A stretch of DNA of 32,000 nt, from the NCBI GenBank assembly GCA_003056265.1, contig NBVN01000004.1:60001-92000 (forward strand), read 5' to 3'. Positions 6,982 through 16,048 of the stretch are shown here, in pieces. Position numbers and translations under genes: made by a program. Each line of letters starts with the position of its first letter. Positions within the stretch are counted from its first letter, which is position 1. The notes under the pieces were generated by a model. That model was not told the DNA's origin. It was given only the letters and a program-made list of their open reading frames with translations, and searched no databases. Source of the stretch: Zestosphaera tikiterensis (GTDB lineage Archaea > Thermoproteota > Thermoprotei_A > Sulfolobales > NBVN01).

Positions 6982-8889
6982 ATGAAGAGTTACGCCCGCA
7001 GTACGTTTCTAATCGGTTATTTAATGGTTTTCCTAGTCTTATCTATTGGGTTTCTTCCAGTAGTTTATAGCTCGACATGCGTTTTAAACGTGAAGGAGCT
7101 TTACCTACTGGCTGTAAGTTCTTCCGGCGGTACTTACTACGGAGTTCCGTCGGAGCTAGTGGTTTCTTTAATGCCTGGCTCCGGCGACGTGTACCTATCC
7201 GTTGAGCCCTTAGCTGAGCTGGATATGCAGGCTTCGGTAAAGTTAGCGGCGTTAATATCGTCATACGTGTCCGGCATAGACTACAGCAACTACTCAATCC
7301 TAGTAAAAATAAGGTCTGACGCACCAATCATAGGAGGGCCTTCAGCCGGTGGAGCCATAACCGTGGCTTTAATTTCATTACTTACGAACATGTCTTTAAA
7401 TAAATCTGTAGTTATGACCGGCATGATATTGCCTGACGGCCTCATCGGCCCCGTAGGAGGTATACCAGAAAAGCTTGAAGCGGCTAAATCCGTAGGTGCT
7501 AAAGTTATGATTATACCGGCCGGCCAACGCATGGCTTTAAGCCTTAGAAGCGGTAGTTACGTAGATATGTATGAGTTAGGTAAGAAAGAAGGTATACGAG
7601 TGGTTGAAGCTTCAACTATTTATGACGCGCTTAAGATATTCGGCTATAAGGTAGTCAGACCACAAACAACAACTATAAATGAAACAACGACGATCACCGA
7701 ATATTTTAAGGCTTGGGTTAATTCCTCAAGAGCGGATTACTTAAATCTAAGCAACTACGTAAGTAATGAAGTAAGTAACAACAGACAGACACTAAGTAGA
7801 GGCGGTGTACTTAACGTCGTCAATAACTACGTCAATAAAGCCAGCGAAGCCGTTAAAACAGCTGAGAAAGAATTTGACGCCGGCATGTATTACGCCGCAG
7901 CTTCAGACTATTTCGGGGCTCTCGTATATTTAACTACAGCTAAATACATAGTGGACATAACTTTAGGTAAGGTTAAATGGGATGAAATCTTAAAAACGAT
8001 TAAGGATGAAGTCAACAACGCCACCAAATACTACTTAAATGTGGTTACTTCTTTAAACCGTGAATATATAAACATAGTTGAAGTTAGTCTATTAGCGGAA
8101 ATCGCTGGCAGGGTTTTAGAAGCTAACGATACTTTAAATTCGTTGCCGGCTAGACAACCAACTATAGATGATGTATATAGCGCTGCCTACACTTATTGGA
8201 GAGCTAAGTCAGTATACGGTTGGGGTAATGTATATGAAGTTCTTAAAAGAGAAGGTGTGAATAAAGAAGGTTTATCAATGGAGAAACTGAAGGAAGGTAT
8301 TCAACTACTCTTAAGTTACGCTACCTCAGCATTAACGTATCTGCAGTCTTTAACCGGTAGTTCATCAGTTAATTTGAACACGTTGCTAGATAGAGCAGAG
8401 AACTTCCTAGGAAGCGGTAAGGCAGAAGATCTTTTCTACTCTTTAACGCTAGCTTTAAAAACAGCTACTTATGCCTCAATAAATACGCATCTAGCGTTTG
8501 AAACAAATACGTCCTTCCTAGCGTATAGGTTGGAATCAGCTGCTGAGGAATTCCTTAGAGACGCGTTAGCCGCGGGGTTCAACCCCGTGGTTGCTCTCTC
8601 ATATTATGAAAGAGGTAAGGTATTGAGGGATGTGGATAGTTCCACAGCAGCGTACTACTACGACTTAGCTATAATGAACTCCATATGGTATGTGATACTG
8701 TCCAAAAGTATGTTAAGGAAGGTTAGTATTGAGGTATCTGAGCAAAGCACGCAAACTACTGTTTCCTCGTCAACAACTATCAATACGGTACTAAGTAATT
8801 ACTTAGCTTTAGTAGCTGCTATAATCACGGGATCTCTAGCAGGCGTTGCTTTAGGGTATTACCTAACTAGTAAAAGAGGACATGCTTAA
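6982..8889 (+). CDS. Secreted, C-terminally membrane-anchored Lon-type (MEROPS S16) serine protease domain protein with a large helical domain
   Basis: An N-terminal hydrophobic signal/anchor (FLIGYLMVFLVLSIGFLPVVYSS) is present. The S16 catalytic signatures are PIIGGPSAGGAITVAL (Ser) and GPVGGIPEKLEAAKSVGAKVMIIPAG (Lys). There is no AAA+ module. About 330 aa of helical region, Thr/Ser-rich linkers, many N-x-S/T sequons and a C-terminal TM (LALVAAIITGSLAGVALGYYL) follow. Confidence 0.75.
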   Translation: MKSYARSTFLIGYLMVFLVLSIGFLPVVYSSTCVLNVKELYLLAVSSSGGTYYGVPSELVVSLMPGSGDVYLSVEPLAELDMQASVKLAALISSYVSGIDYSNYSILVKIRSDAPIIGGPSAGGAITVALISLLTNMSLNKSVVMTGMILPDGLIGPVGGIPEKLEAAKSVGAKVMIIPAGQRMALSLRSGSYVDMYELGKKEGIRVVEASTIYDALKIFGYKVVRPQTTTINETTTITEYFKAWVNSSRADYLNLSNYVSNEVSNNRQTLSRGGVLNVVNNYVNKASEAVKTAEKEFDAGMYYAAASDYFGALVYLTTAKYIVDITLGKVKWDEILKTIKDEVNNATKYYLNVVTSLNREYINIVEVSLLAEIAGRVLEANDTLNSLPARQPTIDDVYSAAYTYWRAKSVYGWGNVYEVLKREGVNKEGLSMEKLKEGIQLLLSYATSALTYLQSLTGSSSVNLNTLLDRAENFLGSGKAEDLFYSLTLALKTATYASINTHLAFETNTSFLAYRLESAAEEFLRDALAAGFNPVVALSYYERGKVLRDVDSSTAAYYYDLAIMNSIWYVILSKSMLRKVSIEVSEQSTQTTVSSSTTINTVLSNYLALVAAIITGSLAGVALGYYLTSKRGHA

Positions 8890-8926
8890 CGACTTTAAGG
8901 GTTTGCGACGTTGACATTTTTAATAA

Positions 8927-10006
8927 CTAGTTTGAAGAGTTGAAGCAATATTTAATTAAGTCAACCCTATATATGTACTTACGTGGCGCGTACTCTAACA
9001 CCTCGCTTGAGGATAGGACCTGAACCTTCTCAATAGTTAGATTCTCTAAAGCCTGCTTTACCGCCTCCTCAGGATTTCTAGCTACTGAGTATACATGCAG
9101 TACACCACCGCATTTAACTTTCTCAATTGCTTTAGGTACGTACTTAAACGCTTCATGAGGTAAGTTCATGATGACCCTATCGAAGAAATTGTCTTTAAAT
9201 ACCTCTAAGGCGAAACCCACATCAGCTAACATCGGTATAGCTACGCCGATTATGTTCTTAAAGTTTAAACTTAGGGAATCAATTAGACATTTAACGGCTT
9301 CAGGATTTAAATCGACTGAGATTACAGTGGCTTTCTTACGAGTTACTATGTGTAATGTAAATGAACCTACCCCGCAAAACAAATCCCCAACTACCTCACC
9401 GTCTTTAACGAAGTCCGCGATTCTTTTATGTTCCTCAGCTAGTGAGGGATTGAAGTAAGTTTTAGCTACGTCAACCCACATCCTTATGCCGTATTCCCTA
9501 TGTATAGTTTTACTTCTTTCTTCACCGAACAGATGCTTTAAAGGTTTAACTCTGAATGGACCTTCCGTAAAACCAGATGCGTAAACAACCTTCACATTCT
9601 TAGCTACTTTAGAAATTGCTTCCCCGATGAGGGGCCCATAACTTAAAGCTTCGCTAGGCAGCCTTATGATTGCGATATCCCCGATTATATCGTAGGAGTT
9701 CGGTATCATATCTAGAACTTCAGGGGGTATAGAGTCTTTAAGAATATCTTTAAAACTAAGCTTGAATGTGGTTTTTTCAAATGAATCCTCACATATCGCG
9801 AAATTGAAGTTGTTAAGAACGTCTTTGAGTTCATCTTCGCTTACTTCATCTACTACCGGTATAAGTACGTAATCATCAACACGTTTAACCTTAACGCCTT
9901 TAGCTAAGAGGTTGAAATCACGTAATACCTTAAGCACTTCTTCAGCATGGCGTTTATAGACTTTAACACATTTAAACATAAGTGGGGACTCCATCCTACG
10001 GCCCAA
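8927..10006 (-). CDS. trm5: tRNA (guanine37-N1)-methyltransferase Trm5 / Taw22-type (Met-10+ family)
   Basis: SAM motif I is DLFCGVGSFTL, followed by VDLNPEAV and the catalytic-loop motif VIMNLPHEA. Length and N-terminal extra domains fit archaeal Trm5. The start may be a downstream Met (MESPLMF or MFKCVKV). Confidence 0.75.
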   Translation of the reverse strand: MGRRMESPLMFKCVKVYKRHAEEVLKVLRDFNLLAKGVKVKRVDDYVLIPVVDEVSEDELKDVLNNFNFAICEDSFEKTTFKLSFKDILKDSIPPEVLDMIPNSYDIIGDIAIIRLPSEALSYGPLIGEAISKVAKNVKVVYASGFTEGPFRVKPLKHLFGEERSKTIHREYGIRMWVDVAKTYFNPSLAEEHKRIADFVKDGEVVGDLFCGVGSFTLHIVTRKKATVISVDLNPEAVKCLIDSLSLNFKNIIGVAIPMLADVGFALEVFKDNFFDRVIMNLPHEAFKYVPKAIEKVKCGGVLHVYSVARNPEEAVKQALENLTIEKVQVLSSSEVLEYAPRKYIYRVDLIKYCFNSSN

Positions 10007-10020
10007 CCCTCAATCGATTC

Positions 10021-10042
10021 TAAAACTTATATCTTATATGAC
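10021..10042. promoter_or_regulatory. AT-rich BRE/TATA-like region between divergent trm5 and NAD kinase genes
   Basis: The + strand carries TAAAACTTATATCTTATATG. Its reverse complement also reads as a TATA-like box about 25-30 nt upstream of the minus-strand ATG at 10006. A second TTTATAG box at 10086-10092 precedes the NAD kinase start. Confidence 0.35.
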
Positions 10043-10120
10043 CCTCCCCCCGGCTTTAAAGGCGGGTTTAGTTAGCTGCTATGATGTTTATAGTTGGTAA
10101 AAAGAAAATAAATAATAAGA

Positions 10121-10984
10121 TTGTTTAGAAGGGATATCTTAGGTGTTAGTGTGAAGTTAGGTGTCGTCCCTAAGCTAAACAGTCCTGAAGCACTACAGCT
10201 CGCTTCGTTAATGCTTAGATATGCTGAGGGTAGGGGTTTAAAGCCTTATTTAGATGTTAGAGCTAAGGAGTTAATCAGCTGGGAGAGAACCTTCACGTTA
10301 GGTAAGGAGTTTGTTGATATGGTTGTAGTGATAGGTGGTGATGGAACTGTTCTTAACACTCTACATCTTCTAAACGATATGGATACCTTAGTAGCTACTG
10401 TAAAGTATGGTAGGAGAGGTTTCTTATGTGATGTACTCCCTTACGAATATACGGACTTAATAGATAGGATAATTGAGAAGAGATTCGTTGTGGTTAATTA
10501 TATGAGGTTGCGGATGGCTTACCCTACGGATAAACCCATGCCTGCTGTACTTAACGAATTCGCTATAGTGTCCTCCGGCGCTACGAGAGCTAAAGTGATT
10601 AGACTGTACGTACAGAAGAATAACGAGGATCTATATAGGAGGCTTGTGGGGGATGGCCTCATAGTCTCCACCCCCGTAGGGTCGACAGCTTACAACTTAG
10701 CTGCGGGGGGCCCTATACTTGATCCAGAGATGGAAGCTATAGTGGTTACTCCTTTAGCGTCTATAACCGTTTGCTCAAGGCCTGTTGTATTGCCTGCGGA
10801 CTCGGAAGTTAAGGTTGTGGTAGCTAAAGACTCTCCGGAGGTTCTTCTGATAGCTGACGGAGCCTACTCAATAACTTTAAAACCTAAAGACTACGTAGTT
10901 ATAAAGAGGCATCCTAAACCAGCGAAGTTCGCTAGGTTCAACATAGGTGATTACTACGTTAAAATCTTCGAAAGATGTTTCTAA
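10121..10984 (+). CDS. nadK: NAD(+) kinase
   Basis: The GGDGTVL motif, NEFAI, and GDGLIVSTPVGSTAYNLAAGGPI are classic NAD kinase signatures. The start could be TTG 10121 or GTG 10151. Confidence 0.9.
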   Translation: MFRRDILGVSVKLGVVPKLNSPEALQLASLMLRYAEGRGLKPYLDVRAKELISWERTFTLGKEFVDMVVVIGGDGTVLNTLHLLNDMDTLVATVKYGRRGFLCDVLPYEYTDLIDRIIEKRFVVVNYMRLRMAYPTDKPMPAVLNEFAIVSSGATRAKVIRLYVQKNNEDLYRRLVGDGLIVSTPVGSTAYNLAAGGPILDPEMEAIVVTPLASITVCSRPVVLPADSEVKVVVAKDSPEVLLIADGAYSITLKPKDYVVIKRHPKPAKFARFNIGDYYVKIFERCF

Positions 10985-11477
10985 GATCGTGTATGTAGTT
11001 GATGCCGCGGGTTTTTTCGCTGGTGTTCCTCTATACCTAGATAAACCTTCATTTACGGTTGAAGAGGTTTTAAAGGAGGTTAAAGACTTAAGCAGTAGGC
11101 AGGCTTTAGACCTAGCGGTTTCAGCGAGTAAGATACACATTGGTGGATACACGAATGAAGACGTACATAAAGTCATCGACTTAGCTAAGGAGTTAGGCGA
11201 ATACGGCAGGCTTTCAAAGAGTGATATAGCCTTACTTGCTTTAACTCATAACCTACTTAAAGGCAACTATAGGGTTGTGGTGATTTCAGATGATAGATCC
11301 GTTCAAAACATAGCTTTGAAGATGGGTGCCGATACCTTAGGCATTAAGAGAAAGGAGATAAAGAAGCCGCGGAGGTATGTCTACGTATGTAAAAGTTGCG
11401 GTTATGTTGCAACTTCACCCGGTACCTGCCCGAACTGCGGAATTGAATTAACTAGGAAAAACTGGGCCGGTGGGTAA
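10947..11477 (+). CDS. nob1: Nob1-like PIN-domain endonuclease with C-terminal zinc ribbon (16S rRNA 3'-end maturation)
   Basis: The PIN-like N-terminus is VYVVDAAGFF ... VISDDRSVQN. The C-terminal ribbon is CKSCGY...CPNCG. A more likely start is GTG 10989, just after the nadK stop. Confidence 0.7.
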   Translation: MITTLKSSKDVSKIVYVVDAAGFFAGVPLYLDKPSFTVEEVLKEVKDLSSRQALDLAVSASKIHIGGYTNEDVHKVIDLAKELGEYGRLSKSDIALLALTHNLLKGNYRVVVISDDRSVQNIALKMGADTLGIKRKEIKKPRRYVYVCKSCGYVATSPGTCPNCGIELTRKNWAGG

Positions 11478-11522
11478 TACCTTCTTAAATTAGGTAAGAA
11501 TGGATGGATTAACTGACGAGTG

Positions 11523-11534
11523 AAAACTTATATA
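11523..11534 (+). promoter_or_regulatory. BRE/TATA promoter element of the ribosomal protein / RNAP operon
   Basis: AAAACTTATATA lies about 42 nt upstream of ATG 11576. A GGTGG Shine-Dalgarno-like string follows at about 11563. Confidence 0.5.
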
Positions 11535-11575
11535 CCGTAATTATCTTTTAATTTAGGTATGTGGTGGGTAAGTAA

Positions 11576-12052
11576 ATGGCTGAAAGCGCGTTTAAGCACA
11601 TAGTTAGGATCGCTGGCGTTGATGTAGAGGGGGATGTCTTACTTCCTTACGGGTTAGCTAAGATTAAAGGTATTGGATACCATACAGGGTTAGCCATAGC
11701 TAGGATCTTAGGTTTGAATCCATATATGCGTGTAGGATATTTAAGCGAGTCCGACGTGAAAAGAATTGAGGATGTTATACATAACCCCAGCAAATACGGC
11801 ATTCCTCCCTGGTATCTAAACAGACGTAAAGACTACAAAACAGGTGAAGATAAGCACCTGATAGGTGCTGACTTAATATTCGAGGTTAGGGAGGATATAG
11901 ATAGAGAAATAAAGACGAGGAGTTGGAGGGGTATTAGACATCAGTTAGGTCTTAAAGTTAGGGGTCAGAGAACGCATACTACCGGTAGGATAGGGCCGGT
12001 TGTAGGCGTCACTAAAGGTAAAGCTCAACAACAGCAACAAAAGAAGGAGTGA
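11576..12052 (+). CDS. rps13: 30S ribosomal protein S13 (uS13)
   Basis: FKHIVRIAGVDVEG...GIGYHTGLAI...RGIRHQLGLKVRGQRT is typical uS13. It is the first gene of the conserved S13-S4-S11-RpoD cluster. Confidence 0.95.
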   Translation: MAESAFKHIVRIAGVDVEGDVLLPYGLAKIKGIGYHTGLAIARILGLNPYMRVGYLSESDVKRIEDVIHNPSKYGIPPWYLNRRKDYKTGEDKHLIGADLIFEVREDIDREIKTRSWRGIRHQLGLKVRGQRTHTTGRIGPVVGVTKGKAQQQQQKKE

Positions 12053-12062
12053 GGGGTAAGTT

Positions 12063-12605
12063 ATGGGAGATCCTAAGAAACCTAGGAAAAAGTGGGAAAG
12101 GCCTGGTCACCCGTGGATTAAAGAAAGGCTTCTAGAAGAAATGGAGTATGTAGGTAAGTACGGGTTAAGAAATAAAAGGGAGTTATGGAATGCGCAAACG
12201 CTCTTAAGGCAGATAAGAAATAAGGCTAAAGCCTTATTAGCTCTTCCACCGGAGGAGCGAGCGGTTAGGGAAGCAGCACTTTCAGCGAAACTCTACAAGA
12301 TGGGCATACTTAACGTTGAACACGGCACTATAGACAACATATTAGGTTTAACAATTGATGATATCCTACAGAGAAGACTTCAAACCATAGTTTACCGTAA
12401 AGGCTTAGCGAGAACAATCCACGAGGCTAGGCAATTAATCGTTCATAGACATATAGCCATAGGCGGTAAGGTAGTTAACTCACCCGGTTATTTAGTAAGT
12501 AGAGATGAAGAAAACCTTATAGACTTCGCATACAACTCACCGTTTAGAAATAGGTTAAAACAGCAGGCGGAGGAGGGCTTTATCTCCGAAGCAAGTCAGA
12601 CTTAA
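12063..12605 (+). CDS. rps4: 30S ribosomal protein S4 (uS4)
   Basis: The N-terminus is [17 protein letters not shown], and an S4 RNA-binding domain follows ([30 protein letters not shown]). Confidence 0.95.
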   Translation: MGDPKKPRKKWERPGHPWIKERLLEEMEYVGKYGLRNKRELWNAQTLLRQIRNKAKALLALPPEERAVREAALSAKLYKMGILNVEHGTIDNILGLTIDDILQRRLQTIVYRKGLARTIHEARQLIVHRHIAIGGKVVNSPGYLVSRDEENLIDFAYNSPFRNRLKQQAEEGFISEASQT

Positions 12606-12619
12606 GGAGGTAGGTTCAT

Positions 12620-13021
12620 ATGGCGTTCACATCTAGAGAGCTTAAGTGGGGTGTGGCCCACATCTACAGCTCCTTCAATAACACCATAGTCCACATAACT
12701 GACTTAAGCGGTGCTGAGACCGTAGTAAGAATGTCTGGGGGTATGGTCGTAAGAGCCGATAGGGAGAAACCCTCCCCATACGTAGCTATGTTGATAGCCT
12801 ATAGAGCTGCTCAGAAAGCTATGGATAAAGGGATTACAGCCATTCATATAAAAGTTCGAGGTCCCGGTGGTCACGGCTCTAAAATACCCGGTCCTGGGGC
12901 TCAGGCAGCTATAAGAGCGTTAGCTAGGACAGGCTTTATCATAGGACGTATAGAGGACGTAACGCCAATACCTCATGACACTACCAGAAGGCCTGGCGGT
13001 AGGAGAGGTAGGAGAGTCTAA
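12620..13021 (+). CDS. rps11: 30S ribosomal protein S11 (uS11)
   Basis: [21 protein letters not shown]...IKVRGPGG...[15 protein letters not shown]...DVTPIPHD is typical uS11. Confidence 0.95.
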   Translation: MAFTSRELKWGVAHIYSSFNNTIVHITDLSGAETVVRMSGGMVVRADREKPSPYVAMLIAYRAAQKAMDKGITAIHIKVRGPGGHGSKIPGPGAQAAIRALARTGFIIGRIEDVTPIPHDTTRRPGGRRGRRV

Positions 13022-13033
13022 GGTGTTTTCTTC

Positions 13034-13876
13034 ATGGGGAAATTCGCAGTTGAGGTTATCGAGAAGGATGAGAAGACGGTCAAGCTTAAGTTTAAAGGCG
13101 TCCCTCTTCAAATACTCAACGCTTTAAGAAGAGCTGCGTTAGAGTACGTACCCACAATGGCTGTAGACCTAGTTGTTTTTAGAGATAACACCAGCGTCTT
13201 ACATGATGAGATAATAGCGCATAGGCTGGGTTTAATACCGCTTAAATCCGATGAAGCTTTAAACAAGTATAAATCACCTGAAGAATGTGTTGACGTTAAA
13301 CCTGAGGAGAGCTTAGACTGCTATGCCCACTTAACGTTGGAGGCTTCAACAGGCCCTGACGAAGTTAAGGATATTTATTCAGGGGATTTAAAACCCGTTA
13401 CAGACCCTAAGGTTAGGCCTGCCTACGATAGGATACCTATAGTTAGGTTAGGTCCTAGGCAGTCTATAGCGTTAGACGCTTACGCAAGGCTTGGTAGGGG
13501 AGTTGAGCACATTAAATGGTCGCCGGCAACCATCTCAACAGTAACTTACTTAGCTCAAATAAATGTAGACGTAAGTAAATGCAACCTATGCGGTAAGTGT
13601 GTGGAGGTTTGTCCTCGGGAAGCTCTAGCAATTGAAGGAAACGTATTGAAAACATATGAAGATAGGTGCATTATCTGTAGGCAATGCGTTAGAGTCTGCC
13701 CTACAGAAGCTATAGACGTAACTCATAAGGAGGATGAGTACATACTCACTATAGAGTCTTCAGGAGCTTTAAGGCCTGAGAGAATTGTTTTTGAAGCTTT
13801 GAAAATTGTAGCTAGCAAGCTAGATATGCTTTTAAGTAGGCTTGAATTAATTGTTAAGGCTGAGGTGAGGGGTTAG
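13034..13876 (+). CDS. rpoD: DNA-directed RNA polymerase subunit D (Rpo3) with ferredoxin-like Fe-S domain
   Basis: LNALRRAALEYVPTMAVD and HDEIIAHRLGLIPL are alpha-like subunit motifs. An inserted domain carries CNLCGKCVEVCP and CIICRQCVRVCP (13580-13699). Confidence 0.9.
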   Translation: MGKFAVEVIEKDEKTVKLKFKGVPLQILNALRRAALEYVPTMAVDLVVFRDNTSVLHDEIIAHRLGLIPLKSDEALNKYKSPEECVDVKPEESLDCYAHLTLEASTGPDEVKDIYSGDLKPVTDPKVRPAYDRIPIVRLGPRQSIALDAYARLGRGVEHIKWSPATISTVTYLAQINVDVSKCNLCGKCVEVCPREALAIEGNVLKTYEDRCIICRQCVRVCPTEAIDVTHKEDEYILTIESSGALRPERIVFEALKIVASKLDMLLSRLELIVKAEVRG

Positions 13877-13877
13877 G

Positions 13878-14240
13878 TTGAGGAGGACTGGCCCGACTAA
13901 TATAAGGTTAAGGAAGTTGATAAGTATGCTTAAGAAGAAAGCCAACGAGTCTAACGCAGCTATATGGGATTACGTTGCTGAACTCCTATCTCTCCCTTCA
14001 AGAAGGAGGGTAGCTGTTAACATATCTAAGATTCAGAGGTATGCCAACGACGGAGACGTAATCGTCGTTCCAGGTAAGGTTTTAGGTGCTGGAGTTTTAA
14101 ATAAGAAAGTTACCGTAGCAGCGGTTACGTTTTCCATGAAGGCTTTAGAGAAGATAAACCTAGCTGGCGGTAGGGTTCTTACAATTGAAGAACTCTTAAG
14201 TCAAAATCCTAAAGGAAGTGGTGTTAAGGTGATAACATGA
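13878..14240 (+). CDS. rpl18e: 50S ribosomal protein L18e (eL18)
   Basis: TTG start. RRTGPTNIRLRKLI...VVPGKVLGAG...V is typical L18e, in the conserved position after rpoD. Confidence 0.9.
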   Translation: MRRTGPTNIRLRKLISMLKKKANESNAAIWDYVAELLSLPSRRRVAVNISKIQRYANDGDVIVVPGKVLGAGVLNKKVTVAAVTFSMKALEKINLAGGRVLTIEELLSQNPKGSGVKVIT

Positions 14241-14698
14241 GTTCAGAACCTCAGGTAGCAGGTAAGGAAAGCGTAATCGTCATCGACGCTGAAGGATCTG
14301 TTTTAGGTAGATTAGCTACGTACGTAGCTAGGATGCTTAAGGAAGGTTATAAAGTGTATGTTGTTAATGTGGAGAAAGCTGTGATCAGCGGAGATAAAAA
14401 CAGAGTCATTGAAGGTTATAAGGTATGGTTAAAGATAAAAACTTTAAGAAATCCTGAGAGATCCCCTAAAAGACCTAGAAATCCCATAGCTATATTCAAA
14501 TACGCCGTGAGGGGTATGTTACCTAAAGACTTTACTAAAGGTAGGGCTAGACTTAAGAACCTGAAGGTGTATGTAGGTATTCCGAAGGAGCTTGAGGGTA
14601 GGGACATGGTTAGGCTTGTTTCGGCTTCAAGCTCTAAATTAAAGGGTGAGTTTATCACTGTGGCTGAAGTAGCTAAAGCTCTTGGGTGGAGTCCATGA
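14237..14698 (+). CDS. rpl13: 50S ribosomal protein L13 (uL13)
   Basis: ATGA overlap with the rpl18e stop. VIDAEGSVLGRLATYVARML...VVNVEKAVISG is typical uL13. Confidence 0.9.
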   Translation: MSSEPQVAGKESVIVIDAEGSVLGRLATYVARMLKEGYKVYVVNVEKAVISGDKNRVIEGYKVWLKIKTLRNPERSPKRPRNPIAIFKYAVRGMLPKDFTKGRARLKNLKVYVGIPKELEGRDMVRLVSASSSKLKGEFITVAEVAKALGWSP

Positions 14699-15126
14699 GT
14701 GCTAAAGAGTTAAGCCTTCAAACAAAGAAGGTAGTGCTGTCTTCAGGCAAGAGAAAAACGGCCATAGCGAGAGCGGTAGTTAAGGAAGGTAAAGGTAGGG
14801 TGTGGGTTAACGGAGTCCCTATAGAGATATGGCCTGTGGAGATGGCCAGGCTTAAAATGATGGAACCCCTACTCTTAGCTGGTGAGGACATAAGAAATAA
14901 AGTCGATATTAGGGTTGAAGTACGCGGCGGTGGTTTCATGGCTCAAGCCGAAGCTGTTAGAACAGCTATAGCTAGAGGTTTAGTAGCTTTTACAGGGAGT
15001 GAGGAGTTGAAGAAGATATATAAAGAGTATTCTAGAACCATGCTTGCTGGAGATCCTAGAAGGACAGAGCCTGAGAAATGGATGCGTTACTCAGCCAGGA
15101 GGTTTAGGCAGAAATCATACAGGTGA
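14695..15126 (+). CDS. rps9: 30S ribosomal protein S9 (uS9)
   Basis: ORF track gives 14686..15126. ATG 14695 gives an ATGA overlap with the rpl13 stop. GKRKTAIARAVVKEGKG...GGGFMAQAEAVRTAIARGL...DPRRTEPEK...RRFRQKSYR is typical uS9. Confidence 0.9.
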   Translation: MSAKELSLQTKKVVLSSGKRKTAIARAVVKEGKGRVWVNGVPIEIWPVEMARLKMMEPLLLAGEDIRNKVDIRVEVRGGGFMAQAEAVRTAIARGLVAFTGSEELKKIYKEYSRTMLAGDPRRTEPEKWMRYSARRFRQKSYR

Positions 15127-15132
15127 GACTCG

Positions 15133-15336
15133 ATGGTTATATTTCCCGTTAGATGCTTCACGTGCGGTTCCGTAATAGGGGATAAGTGGGAGTACTTCGT
15201 TAATGAGGTTAAGAAGGGAAGATCTATGAAGGAAGTCTTGGACGAGTTAGGTATTAAGAGATACTGTTGCAGGAGGATGTTTATTTCACACGTCGACTTA
15301 ATCGATGAGTTAGTAAGGTATTCAAGGAAGGTGTGA
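15133..15336 (+). CDS. rpoN: DNA-directed RNA polymerase subunit N (Rpo10)
   Basis: [20 protein letters not shown]...[14 protein letters not shown] is the canonical RpoN/Rpb10 zinc-bundle sequence. Confidence 0.95.
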   Translation: MVIFPVRCFTCGSVIGDKWEYFVNEVKKGRSMKEVLDELGIKRYCCRRMFISHVDLIDELVRYSRKV

Positions 15337-15971
15337 TTGATATGACCGAAGGAGTTGACTATGAGAAAGGAGTGGGTGTAGAGCTTTTAGTTCCTATAAA
15401 CGTGTATTTAGAGGCTGGAGTTCATATAGGGACTTACATGTGTACAAAACATATGAAGAAGTTCGTCTTTAGGCAGAGACCCGACGGCCCTTACGTTTTG
15501 GACGTTAGGAAAATAGATGAAAGGATTAGAATAGCGGCTAAATTCATAGCTAGGTTTAAACCTGAGGCTGTGTTAGCTGTCTCAGCTAGGCAATACGGTT
15601 ACGTACCTGTGCAGAAATTCGCTGAGGTAACCGGAGGTAAGGTAGTGGTAGGTAGGTTTATCCCAGGCACTTTAACTAACCCATGGCTGAACAACTACAT
15701 TGAACCAGACATATTAATAGTTACGGATCCGAGGGTAGACCAGCAAGCTATTCTCGAAGCCTCTAGAGTGGGTATACCTGTAGTAGCTATAGCAAGCACA
15801 GACGCGAAAACAAACAACGTAGACTTGATAATCCCTGGAAACAATAAAGGCAGGAAATCCCTAGCTGTGATTTACTGGCTTTTAGCAAGGCAAGTACTGA
15901 GGGAAAGAGGAGTTATACCGCCTAACGGAGATTTAAGCGTAGGTCCAGACGCGTTTGAAACTAAAGTTTAA
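15333..15971 (+). CDS. rps2: 30S ribosomal protein S2 (uS2)
   Basis: LEAGVHIGT...[17 protein letters not shown]...[31 protein letters not shown] is typical archaeal uS2. The start could be GTG 15333 or ATG 15342. Confidence 0.9.
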   Translation: MIDMTEGVDYEKGVGVELLVPINVYLEAGVHIGTYMCTKHMKKFVFRQRPDGPYVLDVRKIDERIRIAAKFIARFKPEAVLAVSARQYGYVPVQKFAEVTGGKVVVGRFIPGTLTNPWLNNYIEPDILIVTDPRVDQQAILEASRVGIPVVAIASTDAKTNNVDLIIPGNNKGRKSLAVIYWLLARQVLRERGVIPPNGDLSVGPDAFETKV

Positions 15972-16048
15972 ATCAGCTTAAGTAAAGATATTAAGCTAGC
16001 ACTATTTCTCCCTAGATTTCCATTCCAGTCATTTTGTATTGCTTTCGT

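Noticed and set aside
7043-7532. Two minus-strand ORFs (94 and 80 aa) inside the S16 protease gene
   Set aside because: They are antisense to the catalytic-domain coding region, and their Arg/Pro/Ser-rich translations are typical of shadow frames.
9168-9458. 96-aa plus-strand ORF inside trm5
   Set aside because: It is antisense to the SAM-binding motif region of a well-supported gene.
10877-11176. 99-aa minus-strand ORF spanning the nadK/nob1 junction
   Set aside because: It is antisense to two supported genes and has no motif.
12920-13111. 63-aa minus-strand ORF across rps11/rpoD
   Set aside because: It is a shadow ORF within the conserved ribosomal cluster.
14416-14939. Minus-strand ORFs (80 and 73 aa) inside rpl13 and rps9
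   Set aside because: They are shadow ORFs antisense to universally conserved ribosomal protein genes.
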